In this document: positions 50,801 through 64,000 of the stretch, piece by piece
How the letters are laid out: each line of letters starts with the position of its first letter
How positions within the stretch are numbered: position 1 is the first letter of the stretch
Assembly (NCBI GenBank): GCA_964057225.1
Contig: OZ059894.1
Coordinates: 1,922,001 to 1,986,000 of the forward strand
DNA length: 64,000 nt
From: Auanema rhodensis
Lineage: Eukaryota > Animalia > Nematoda
Direction: 5' to 3'
Translations under genes and position numbers: made by a program
Notes under the pieces: model-generated
The model's input: only the letters and a program-made list of their open reading frames with translations
What the model was told of the DNA's origin: nothing
Databases searched by the model: none

Positions 50801-53800
50801 AAAAATTAGTTATGATCGTTTGAAAAATGATGCATTAGTGTATGTTGAGTTTCCATGTACACTCAACATAGCTTCCAAAAACATTTTGACAAAAATTTTT
50901 TCGAAAAATTTCAAAATAATTTAGCAGAAAGTAGATGTTTTTAGATTCTTTTTTTTAAGGCAAAGACGATGGACAATGTTATTCAACGAAAAAATTAATT
51001 CTTCAGGGTGAAAATCGAGGATATAAGTGTGAACTTATATCAGTTGATATCTCGGTGCATTTTTAAGCTAGCGCAAATCTGATAACACAGATCGACGCAG
51101 CTTGAAAATCCGCATCGAATGCACTATACTACTTTGAGAAACGCTTAATACAAAAATTAGTTATGATCGTTTGAAAAATGATGCATTAGTGTATGTTGAG
51201 TTTCCATGTACACTCAACATAGCTTCCAAAAACATTTTGACAAAAATTTTTTCGAAAAATTTCAAAATAATTTAGCAAAAAGTAGATGTTTTTAGATTCC
51301 TTTTTTCAAGGCAAAGACGATGGACAATGTTATTCAACGAAAAAATTAATTCTTCAGGGTGAAAATCGAGGATATAAGTGTGAACTTATATCAGTTGATA
51401 TCTCGGTGCATTTTTAAGCTAGCGCAAATCTGATAACACAGATCGACGCAGCTTGAAAATCCGCATCGAATGCACTATACTACTTTGAGAAACGCTTAAT
51501 ACAAAAATTAGTTATGATCGTTTGAAAAATGATGCATTAGTGTATGTTGAGTTTCCATGTACACTCAACATTGCTTCCAAAAACATTTTGACAAAAATTT
51601 TTTCGAAAAATTTCAAATTAATTTAGCAGAAAGTATATGTTTTTAGATTCCTTTTCTCAAGGCAAAGACGATGGACAATGTTATTCAACGAAAAAATTAA
51701 TTATTCAGGGTGAAAATCGAGGATATAAGTGTGAACTTATATCAGTTGATATCTCGGTGCATTTTTAAGCTAGCGCAAATTTGATAACACAGATCGACGC
51801 AGCTTGAAAATCCGCATCGAATGCACTATACTACATTGAGGAACGCTTAATACAAAAATTAGTTATGATCGTTTGAAAAATGATGCATTAGTGTATGTTG
51901 AGTTTCCATGTACACTCAACATAGCTTCCAAAAACATTTTGACAAAAATTTTTTCGAAAAATTTCAAAATAATTTAGCAGAAAGTAGATGTTTTTAGATT
52001 CCTTTTTTTAAGGCAAAGACGATGGACAATGTTATTCAACGAAAAAATTAATTCTTCAGGGTGAAAATCGAGGATATAAGTGTGAATTTATATCAGTTGA
52101 TATCTCGGTGCATTTTTAAGCTAGCGCAAATCTGATAACACAGATCGACGCAGCTTGAAAATCCGCATCGAATGCACTATACTACTTTGAGAAACGCTTA
52201 ATACAAAAATTAGTTATGATCGTTTGAAAAATGATGCATTAGTGTATGTTGAGTTTCCATGTACACTCAACATTGCTTCCAAAAACATTTTGACAAAAAT
52301 TTTTTCGAAAAATTTCAAATTAATTTAGCAGAAAGTATATGTTTTTAGATTCCTTTTCTCAAGGCAAAGACGATGGACAATGTTATTCAACGAAAAAATT
52401 AATTCTTCAGGGTGAAAATCGAGGATATAAGTGTGAACTTATATCAGTTGATATCTCGGTGCATTTTTAAGCTAGCGCAAATTTGATAACACAGATCGAC
52501 GCAGCTTGAAAATCCGCATCGAATGCACTATACTACATTGAGGAACGCTTAATACAAAAATTAGTTATGATCGTTTGAAAAATGATGCATTAGTGTATGT
52601 TGAGTTTCCATGTACACTCAACATAGCTTCCAAAAACATTTTGACAAAAATTTTTTCGAAAAATTTCAAAATAATTTAGCAGAAAGTAGATGTTTTTAGA
52701 TTCCTTTTTTTAAGGCAAAGACGATGGACAATGTTATTCAACGAAAAAATTAATTCTTCAGGGTGAAAATCGAGGATATAAGTGTGAATTTATATCAGTT
52801 GATATCTCGGTGCATTTTTAAGCTAGCGCAAATCTGATAACACAGATCGACGCAGCTTGAAAATCCGCATCGAATGCACTATACTACTTTGAGAAACGCT
52901 TAATACAAAAATTAGTTATGATCGTTTGAAAAATGATGCATTAGTGTATGTTGAGTTTCCATGTACACTCAACATTGCTTCCAAAAACATTTTGACAAAA
53001 ATTTTTTCGAAAAATTTCAAATTAATTTAGCAGAAAGTATATGTTTTTAGATTCCTTTTCTCAAGGCAAAGACGATGGACAATGTTATTCAACGAAAAAA
53101 TTAATTCTTCAGGGTGAAAATCGAGGATATATGTGTGAATTTATATCAGTTGATATCTCGGTGCATTTTTAAGCTAGCGCAAATCTGATAACACAGATCG
53201 ACGCAGCTTGAAAATCCGCATTGAATGCACTATACTACATTGAGGAACGCTTAATACAAAAATTAGTTATGATCGTTTGAAAAATGATGCATTAGTGTAT
53301 GTTGAGTTTCCATGTACACTCAACATAGCTTCCAAAAACATTTTGACAAAAATTTTTTCGAAAAATTTCAAAATAATTTAGCAGAAAGTAGATGTTTTTA
53401 GATTCCTTTTTTTAAGGCAAAGACGATGGACAATGTTATTCAACGAAAAAATTAATTCTTCAGGGTGAAAATCGAGGATATAAGTGTGAACTTATATCAG
53501 TTGATATCTCGGTGCATTTTTAAGCTAGCGCAAATCTGATAACACAGATCGACGCAGCTTGAAAATCCGCATCGAATGCACTATACTACATTGAGGAACG
53601 CTTAATACAAAAATTAGTTATGATCGTTTGAAAAATGATGCATTAGTGTATGTTTAGTTTCCATGTACACTCAACATAGCTTCCAAAAACATTTTGACAA
53701 AATTTTTTTCGAAAAATTTCAAAATAATTTAGCAGAAAGTAGATGTTTTTAGATTCCTTTTTTTAAGGCAAAGACGACGGACAATGTTATTCAACGAAAA

Positions 53801-56800
53801 AATTAATTCTTCAGGGTGAAAATCGAGGATATAAGTGTGAACTTATATCAGTTGATATCTCGGTGCATTTTTAAGCTAGCGCAAATCTGATAACACAGAT
53901 CGACGCAGCTTGAAAATCCGCATCGAATGCACTATACTACATTGAGGAACGCTTAATACAAAAATTAGTTATGATCGTTTGAAAAATGATGCATTAGTGT
54001 ATGTTGAGTTTCCATGTACACTCAACATAGCTTCCAAAAACATTTTGACAAAAATTTTTTCGAAAAATTTCAAAATAATTTAGCAGAAAGTAGATGTTTT
54101 TAGATTCCTTTTTTTAAGGCAAAGACGATGGACAATGTTATTCAACGAAAAAATTAATTCTTCAGGGTGAAAATCGAGGATATAAGTGTGAATTTATATC
54201 AGTTGATATCTCGGTGCATTTTTAAGCTAGCGCAAATCTGATAACACAGATCGACGCAGCTTGAAAATCCGCATTGAATGCACTATACTTCATTGAAGAA
54301 CGCTTAATACAAAAATTAGTTATGATCGTTTGAAAAATGATGCATTAGTGTATGTTGAGTTTCCATGTACACTCAACATAGCTTCCAAAAACATTTTGAC
54401 AAAAATTTTTTCGAAAAATTTCAAAATAATTTAGCAGAAAGTAGATGTTTTTAGATTCCTTTTTTTAAGGCAAAGACGATGGACAATGTTATTCAACGAA
54501 AAAATTAATTCTTCAGGGTGAAAATCGAGGATATAAGTGTGAACTTATATCAGTTGATATCTCGGTGCATTTTTAAGCTAGCGCAAATCTGATAACACAG
54601 ATCGACGCAGCTTGAAAATCCGCATCGAATGCACTATACTACATTGAGGAACGCTTAATACAAAAATTAGTTATGATCGTTTGAAAAATGATGCATTAGT
54701 GTATGTTTAGTTTCCATGTACACTCAACATAGCTTCCAAAAACATTTTGACAAAATTTTTTTCGAAAAATTTCGAAATAATTTAGCAGAAAGTAGATGTT
54801 TTTAGATTCCTTTTTTTAAGGCAAAGACGACGGACAATGTTATTCAACGAAAAAATTAATTCTTCAGGGTGAAAATCGAGGATATAAGTGTGAACTTATA
54901 TCAGTTGATATCTCGGTGCATTTTTAAGCTAGCGCAAATCTGATAACACAGATCGACGCAGCTTGAAAATCCGCATCGAATGCACTATACTACATTGAGG
55001 AACGCTTAATACAAAAATTAGTTATGATCGTTTGAAAAATGATGCATTAGTGTATGTTGAGTTTCCATGTACACTCAACATAGCTTCCAAAAACATTTTG
55101 ACAAAAATTTTTTCGAAAAATTTCAAAATAATTTAGCAGAAAGTAGATGTTTTTAGATTCCTTTTTTTAAGGCAAAGACGATGGACAATGTTATTCAACG
55201 AAAAAATTAATTCTTCAGGGTGAAAATCGAGGATATAAGTGTGAATTTATATCAGTTGATATCTCGGTGCATTTTTAAGCTAGCGCAAATCTGATAACAC
55301 AGATCGACGCAGCTTGAAAATCCGCATCGAATGCACTATACTACTTTGAGAAACGCTTAATACAAAAATTAGTTATGATCGTTTGAAAAATGATGCATTA
55401 GTGTATGTTGAGTTTCCATGTACACTCAACATAGCTTCCAAAAACATTTTGACAAAAATTTTTTCGAAAAATTTCCAGATAATTTAGCAGAAAGTAGATG
55501 TTTTTAGATTCCTTTTTTCAAGGCAAAGACGATGGACAATGTTATTCAACGAAAAAATTAATTCTTCAGGGTGAAAATCGAGGATATAAGTGTGAATTTA
55601 TATCAGTTGATATCTCGGTGCATTTTTAAGCTAGCGCAAATCTGATAACACAGATCGACGCAGCTTGAAAATCCGCATTGAATGCACTATACTTCATTGA
55701 AGAACGCTTAATACAAAAATTAGTTATGATCGTTTGAAAAATGATGCATTAGTGTATGTTGAGTTTCCATGTACACTCAACATAGCTTCCAAAAACATTT
55801 TGACAAAAATTTTTTCGAAAAATTTCAAAATAATTTAGCAGAAAGTAGATGTTTTTAGATTCCTTTTTTTAAGGCAAAGACGATGGACAATGTTATTCAA
55901 CGAAAAAATTAATTCTTCAGGGTGAAAATCGAGGATATAAGTGTGAACTTATATCAGTTGATATCTCGGTGCATTTTTAAGCTAGCGCAAATCTGATAAC
56001 ACAGATCGACGCAGCTTGAAAATCCGCATCGAATGCACTATACTACATTGAGGAACGCTTAATACAAAAATTAGTTATGATCGTTTGAAAAATGATGCAT
56101 TAGTGTATGTTCAGTTTCCATGTACACTCAACATAGCTTCCAAAAACATTTTGACAAAAATTTTTTCGAAAAATTTCAAAATAATTTAGCAGAAAGTAGA
56201 TGTTTTTAGATTCCTTTTTTTAAGGCAAAGACGATGGACAATGTTATTCAACGAAAAAATTAATTCTTCAGGGTGAAAATCGAGGATATAAGTGTGAACT
56301 TATATCAGTTGATATCTCGGTGCATTTTTAAGCTAGCGCAAATTTGATAACACAGATCGACGCAGCTTGAAAATCCGCATCGAATGCACTATACTACATT
56401 GAGGAACGCTTAATACAAAAATTAGTTATGATCGTTTGAAAAATGATGCATTAGTGTATGTTGAGTTTCCATGTACACTCAACATAGCTTCCAAAAACAT
56501 TTTGACAAAAATTTTTTCGAAAAATTTCAAAATAATTTAGCAGAAAGTAGATGTTTTTAGATTCCTTTTCTTAAGGCAAAGACGATGGACAATGTTATTC
56601 AACGAAAAAATTAATTCTTCAGGGTGAAAATCGAGGATATAAGTGTGAATTTATATCAGTTGATATCTCGGTGCATTTTTAAGCTAGCGCAAATCTGATA
56701 ACACAGATCGACGCAGCTTGAAAATCCGCATTGAATGCACTATACTTCATTGAGGAACACTTAATACAAAAATTAGTTATGATCGTTTGAAAAATGATGC

Positions 56801-59800
56801 ATTAGTGTATGTTGAGTTTCCATGTACACTCAACATAGCTTCCAAAAACATTTTGACAAAAATTTTTTCGAAAAATTTCAAAATAATTTAGCAAAAAGTA
56901 GATGTTTTTAGATTCCTTTTTTTAAGGCAAAGACGATGGACAATGTTATTCAACGAAAAAATTAATTCTTCAGGGTGAAAATCGAGGATATAAGTGTGAA
57001 CTTATATCAGTTGATATCTCGGTGCATTTTTAAGCTAGCGCAAATCTGATAACACAGATCGACGCAGCTTGAAAATCCGCATCGAATGCACTATACTACT
57101 TTGAGAAACGCTTAATACAAAAATTAGTTATGATCGTTTGAAAAATGATGCATTAGTGTATGTTGAGTTTCCATGTACACTCAACATTGCTTCCAAAAAC
57201 ATTTTGACAAAAATTTTTTCGAAAAATTTCAAATTAATTTAGCAGAAAGTATATGTTTTTAGATTCCTTTTCTCAAGGCAAAGACGATGGACAATGTTAT
57301 TCAACGAAAAAATTAATTCTTCAGGGTGAAAATCGAGGATATAAGTGTGAACTTATATCAGTTGATATCTCGGTGCATTTTTAAGCTAGCGCAAATCTGA
57401 TAACACAGATCGACGCAGCTTGAAAATCCGCATCGAATGCACTATACTACTTTGAGAAACGCTTAATACAAAAATTAGTTATGATCGTTTGAAAAATGAT
57501 GCATTAGTGTATGTTGAGTTTCCATGTACACTCAACATAGCTTCCAAAAACATTTTGACAAAAATTTTTTCGAAAAATTTCAAAATAATTTAGCAGAAAG
57601 TAGATGTTTTTAGATTCCTTTTTTTAAGGCAAAGACGATGGACAATGTTATTCAACGAAAAAATTAATTCTTCAGGGTGAAAATCGAGGATATAAGTGTG
57701 AACTTATATCAGTTGATATCTCGGTGCATTTTTAAGCTAGCGCAAATCTGATAACACAGATCGACGCAGCTTGAAAATCCGCATCGAATGCACTATACTA
57801 CATTGAGGAACGCTTAATACAAAAATTAGTTATGATCGTTTGAAAAATGATGCATTAGTGTATGTTTAGTTTCCATGTACACTCAACATAGCTTCCAAAA
57901 ACATTTTGACAAAATTTTTTTCGAAAAATTTCAAAATAATTTAGCAGAAAGTAGATGTTTTTAGATTCCTTTTTTTAAGGCAAAGACGACGGACAATGTT
58001 ATTCAACGAAAAAATTAATTCTTCAGGGTGAAAATCGAGGATATAAGTGTGAACTTATATCAGTTGATATCTCGGTGCATTTTTAAGCTAGCGCAAATCT
58101 GATAACACAGATCGACGCAGCTTGAAAATCCGCATCGAATGCACTATACTACATTGAGGAACGCTTAATACAAAAATTAGTTATGATCGTTTGAAAAATG
58201 ATGCATTAGTGTATGTTTAGTTTCCATGTACACTCAACATAGCTTCCAAAAACATTTTGACAAAATTTTTTTCGAAAAATTTCAAAATAATTTAGCAGAA
58301 AGTAGATGTTTTTAGATTCCTTTTTTTAAGGCAAAGACGACGGACAATGTTATTCAACGAAAAAATTAATTCTTCAGGGTGAAAATCGAGGATATAAGTG
58401 TGAACTTATATCAGTTGATATCTCGGTGCATTTTTAAGCTAGCGCAAATCTGATAACACAGATCGACGCAGCTTGAAAATCCGCATCGAATGCACTATAC
58501 TACATTGAGGAACGCTTAATACAAAAATTAGTTATGATCGTTTGAAAAATGATGCATTAGTGTATGTTGAGTTTCCATGTACACTCAACATAGCTTCCAA
58601 AAACATTTTGACAAAAATTTTTTCGAAAAATTTCAAAATAATTTAGCAGAAAGTAGATGTTTTTAGATTCCTTTTTTTAAGGCAAAGACGATGGACAATG
58701 TTATTCAACGAAAAAATTAATTCTTCAGGGTGAAAATCGAGGATATAAGTGTGAATTTATATCAGTTGATATCTCGGTGCATTTTTAAGCTAGCGCAAAT
58801 CTGATAACACAGATCGACGCAGCTTGAAAATCCGCATTGAATGCACTATACTTCATTGAAGAACGCTTAATACAAAAATTAGTTATGATCGTTTGAAAAA
58901 TGATGCATTAGTGTATGTTGAGTTTCCATGTACACTCAACATAGCTTCCAAAAACATTTTGACAAAAATTTTTTCGAAAAATTTCAAAATAATTTAGCAG
59001 AAAGTAGATGTTTTTAGATTCCTTTTTTTAAGGCAAAGACGATGGACAATGTTATTCAACGAAAAAATTAATTCTTCAGGGTGAAAATCGAGGATATAAG
59101 TGTGAACTTATATCAGTTGATATCTCGGTGCATTTTTAAGCTAGCGCAAATCTGATAACACAGATCGACGCAGCTTGAAAATCCGCATCGAATGCACTAT
59201 ACTACATAGAGGAACGCTTAATACAAAAATTAGTTATGATCGTTTGAAAAATGATGCATTAGTGTATGTTCAGTTTCCATGTACACTCAACATAGCTTCC
59301 AAAAACATTTTGACAAAAATTTTTTCGAAAAATTTCAAAATAATTTAGCAGAAAGTAGATGTTTTTAGATTCCTTTTTTTAAGGCAAAGACGATGGAAAA
59401 TGTTATTCAACGAAAAAATTAATTCTTCAGGGTGAAAATCGAGGATATAAGTGTGAACTTATATCAGTTGATATCTCGGTGCATTTTTAAGCTAGCGCAA
59501 ATTTGATAACACAGATCGACGCAGCTTGAAAATCCGCATCGAATGCACTATACTACATTGAGGAACGCTTAATACAAAAATTAGTTATGATCGTTTGAAA
59601 AATGATGCATTAGTGTATGTTCAGTTTCCATGTACACTCAACATAGCTTCCAAAAACATTTTGACAAAAATTTTTTCGAAAAATTTCAAAATAATTTAGC
59701 AGAAAGTAGATGTTTTTAGATTCTTTTTTTTAAGGCAAAGACGATGGACAATGTTATTCAACGAAAAAATTAATTCTTCAGGGTGAAAATCGAGGATATA

Positions 59801-62800
59801 AGTGTGAACTTATATCAGTTGATATCTCGGTGCATTTTTAAGCTAGCGCAAATCTGATAACACAGATCGACGCAGCTTGAAAATCCGCATCGAATGCACT
59901 ATACTACATTGAGGAACGCTTAATACAAAAATTAGTTATGATCGTTTGAAAAATGATGCATTAGTGTATGTTTAGTTTCCATGTACACTCAACATAGCTT
60001 CCAAAAACATTTTGACAAAATTTTTTTCGAAAAATTTCAAAATAATTTAGCAGAAAGTAGATGTTTTTAGATTCCTTTTTTTAAGGCAAAGACGACGGAC
60101 AATGTTATTCAACGAAAAAATTAATTCTTCAGGGTGAAAATCGAGGATATAAGTGTGAACTTATATCAGTTGATATCTCGGTGCATTTTTAAGCTAGCGC
60201 AAATCTGATAACACAGATCGACGCAGCTTGAAAATCCGCATCGAATGCACTATACTACATTGAGGAACGCTTAATACAAAAATTAGTTATGATCGTTTGA
60301 AAAATGATGCATTAGTGTATGTTGAGTTTCCATGTACACTCAACATAGCTTCCAAAAACATTTTGACAAAAATTTTTTCGAAAAATTTCAAAATAATTTA
60401 GCAGAAAGTAGATGTTTTTAGATTCCTTTTTTTAAGGCAAAGACGATGGACAATGTTATTCAACGAAAAAATTAATTCTTCAGGGTGAAAATCGAGGATA
60501 TAAGTGTGAACTTATATCAGTTGATATCTCGGTGCATTTTTAAGCTAGCGCAAATCTGATAACACAGATCGACGCAGCTTGAAAATCCGCATCGAATGCA
60601 CTATACTACATTGAGGAACGCTTAATACAAAAATTAGTTATGATCGTTTGAAAAATGATGCATTAGTGTATGTTCAGTTTCCATGTACACTCAACATAGC
60701 TTCCAAAAACATTTTGACAAAAATTTTTTCGAAAAATTTCAAAATAATTTAGCAGAAAGTAGATGTTTTTAGATTCCTTTTTTTAAGGCAAAGACGATGG
60801 ACAATGTTATTCAACGAAAAAATTAATTCTTCAGGGTGAAAATCGAGGATATAAGTGTGAACTTATATCAGTTGATATCTCGGTGCATTTTTAAGCTAGC
60901 GCAAATTTGATAACACAGATCGACGCAGCTTGAAAATCCGCATCGAATGCACTATACTACATTGAGGAACGCTTAATACAAAAATTAGTTATGATCGTTT
61001 GAAAAATGATGCATTAGTGTATGTTGAGTTTCCATGTACACTCAACATAGCTTCCAAAAACATTTTGACAAAAATTTTTTCGAAAAATTTCAAAATAATT
61101 TAGCAGAAAGTAGATGTTTTTAGATTCCTTTTTTTAAGGCAAAGACGATGGACAATGTTATTCAACGAAAAAATTAATTCTTCAGGGTGAAAATCGAGGA
61201 TATAAGTGTGAACTTATATCAGTTGATATCTCGGTGCATTTTTAAGCTAGCGCAAATCTGATAACACAGATCGACGCAGCTTGAAAATCCGCATCGAATG
61301 CACTATACTACATTGAGAAACGCTTAATACAAAAATTAGTTATGATCGTTTGAAAAATGATGCATTAGTGTATGTTTAGTTTCCATGTACACTCAACATA
61401 GCTTCCAAAAACATTTTGACAAAATTTTTTTCGAAAAATTTCAAAATAATTTAGCAGAAAGTAGATGTTTTTAGATTCCTTTTTTTAAGGCAAAGACGAC
61501 GGACAATGTTATTCAACGAAAAAATTAATTCTTCAGGGTGAAAATCGAGGATATAAGTGTGAACTTATATCAGTTGATATCTCGGTGCATTTTTAAGCTA
61601 GCGCAAATCTGATAACACAGATCGACGCAGCTTGAAAATCCGCATCGAATGCACTATACTACTTTGAGAAACGCTTAATACAAAAATTAGTTATGATCGT
61701 TTGAAAAATGATGCATTAGTGTATGTTGAGTTTCCATGTACACTCAACATAGCTTCCAAAAACATTTTGACAAAAATTTTTTCGAAAAATTTCAAAATAA
61801 TTTAGCAGAAAGTAGATGTTTTTAGATTCCTTTTTTTAAGGCAAAGACGATGGACAATGTTATTCAACGAAAAAATTAAGTCTTCAGGGTGAAAATCGAG
61901 GATATAAGTGTGAACTTATATCAGTTGATATCTCGGTGCATTTTTAAGCTAGCGCAAATCTGATAACACAGATCGACGCAGCTTGAAAATCCGCATCGAA
62001 TGCACTATACTACATTGAGAAACGCTTAATACAAAAATTAGTTATGATCGTTTGAAAAATGATGCATTAGTGTATGTTTAGTTTCCATGTACACTCAACA
62101 TAGCTTCCAAAAACATTTTGACAAAATTTTTTTCGAAAAATTTCAAAATAATTTAGCAGAAAGTAGATGTTTTTAGATTCCTTTTTTTAAGGCAAAGACG
62201 ATGGACAATGTTATTCAACGAAAAAATTAATTCTTCAGGGTGAAAATCGAGGATATAAGTGTGAACTTATATCAGTTGATATCTCGGTGCATTTTTAAGC
62301 TAGCGCAAATCTGATAACACAGATCGACGCAGCTTGAAAATCCGCATCGAATGCACTATACTACATTGAGAAACGCTTAATACAAAAATTAGTTATGATC
62401 GTTTGAAAAATGATGCATTAGTGTATGTTTAGTTTCCATGTACACTCAACATAGCTTCCAAAAACATTTTGACAAAATTTTTTTCGAAAAATTTCAAAAT
62501 AATTTAGCAGAAAGTAGATGTTTTTAGATTCCTTTTTTTAAGGCAAAGACGACGGACAATGTTATTCAACGAAAAAATTAATTCTTCAGGGTGAAAATCG
62601 AGGATATAAGTGTGAACTTATATCAGTTGATATCTCGGTGCATTTTTAAGCTAGCGCAAATCTGATAACACAGATCGACGCAGCTTGAAAATCCGCATCG
62701 AATGCACTATACTACTTTGAGAAACGCTTAATACAAAAATTAGTTATGATCGTTTGAAAAATGATGCATTAGTGTATGTTGAGTTTCCATGTACACTCAA

Positions 62801-64000
62801 CATAGCTTCCAAAAACATTTTGACAAAAATTTTTTCGAAAAATTTCAAAATAATTTAGCAGAAAGTAGATGTTTTTAGATTCCTTTTTTTAAGGCAAAGA
62901 CGATGGACAATGTTATTCAACGAAAAAATTAATTCTTCAGGGTGAAAATCGAGGATATAAGTGTGAACTTATATCAGTTGATATCTCGGTGCATTTTTAA
63001 GCTAGCGCAAATTTGATAACACAGATCGACGCAGCTTGAAAATCCGCATCGAATGCACTATACTACATTGAGGAACGCTTAATACAAAAATTAGTTATGA
63101 TCGTTTGAAAAATGATGCATTAGTGTATGTTGAGTTTCCATGTACACTCAACATAGCTTCCAAAAACATTTTGACAAAAATTTTTTCGAAAAATTTCAAA
63201 ATAATTTAGCAGAAAGTAGATGTTTTTAGATTCCTTTTTTTAAGGCAAAGACGATGGACAATGTTATTCAACGAAAAAATTAATTCTTCAGGGTGAAAAT
63301 CGAGGATATAAGTGTGAACTTATATCAGTTGATATCTCGGTGCATTTTTAAGCTAGCGCAAATCTGATAACACAGATCGACGCAGCTTGAAAATCCGCAT
63401 CGAATGCACTATACTACATTGAGGAACGCTTAATACAAAAATTAGTTATGATCGTTTGAAAAATGATGCATTAGTGTATGTTTAGTTTCCATGTACACTC
63501 AACATAGCTTCCAAAAACATTTTGACAAAATTTTTTTCAAAAAATTTCAAAATAATTTAGCAGAAAGTAGATGTTTTTAGATTCCTTTTTTTAAGGCAAA
63601 GACGATAGACAATGTTATTCAACGAAAAAATTAATTCTTCAGGGTGAAAATCGAGGATATAAGTGTGAACTTATATCACTTGATATCTCGGTGCATTTTT
63701 AAGCTAGCGCAAATCTGATAACACAGATCGACGCAGCTTGAAAATCCGCATCGAATGCATTATACTACTTTGAGAAACGCTTAATACAAAAATTAGTTAT
63801 GATCGTTTGAAAAATGATGCATTAGTGTATGTTGAGTTTCCATGTACACTCAACATAGCTTCCAAAAACATTTTGACAAAATTTTTTTCGAAAAATTTCA
63901 AAATAATTTAGCAGAAAGTAGATGTTTTTAGATTCCTTTTTTTAAGGCAAAGACGACGGACAATGTTATTCAACGAAAAAATTAATTCTTCAGGGTGAAA

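Larger units (their letters stand above)
33226..64000. repeat. 351-bp tandem satellite array, right arm (~88 monomers, runs off the window end)
   Basis: Monomer starts at 33251+351n (checked at 40271, 47291, 54311, 61331, 63788), in the same orientation as the left arm. Confidence 0.99.

Noticed and set aside
1-64000. CRISPR array or prokaryotic repeat system
   Set aside because: Whole 351-bp units repeat with no unique spacers and no cas genes, and the context is eukaryotic.

Overview
Eukaryotic, most likely nematode, repetitive DNA. About 56 kb of the window is one head-to-tail array of an AT-rich 351-bp satellite (~160 monomers, substitution variants only, no net indel, local higher-order duplications). 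It is interrupted once, at 25604-33225, by an intact and apparently very young 7.6-kb Ty3/Gypsy LTR retrotransposon resembling C. elegans Cer1. The element has two 378-bp LTRs with no differences visible by eye, a 5-bp target-site duplication (TACTA), a tRNA-Pro primer-binding site and a PPT. Its single ~2100-aa ORF encodes Gag(CCHC)-PR-RT-RNase H-IN followed by a ~380-aa extension that is neither Env-like nor a chromodomain and shows an SGNH-hydrolase-like alpha/beta pattern. Most notable: the extra C-terminal module, non-canonical TG...AT ends, patchy colinear similarity between the LTR and the host satellite monomer, and strict length conservation of the dyad-rich monomer. No host genes, RNA genes or CRISPR arrays were found. 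All analysis was by eye and no searches were run.
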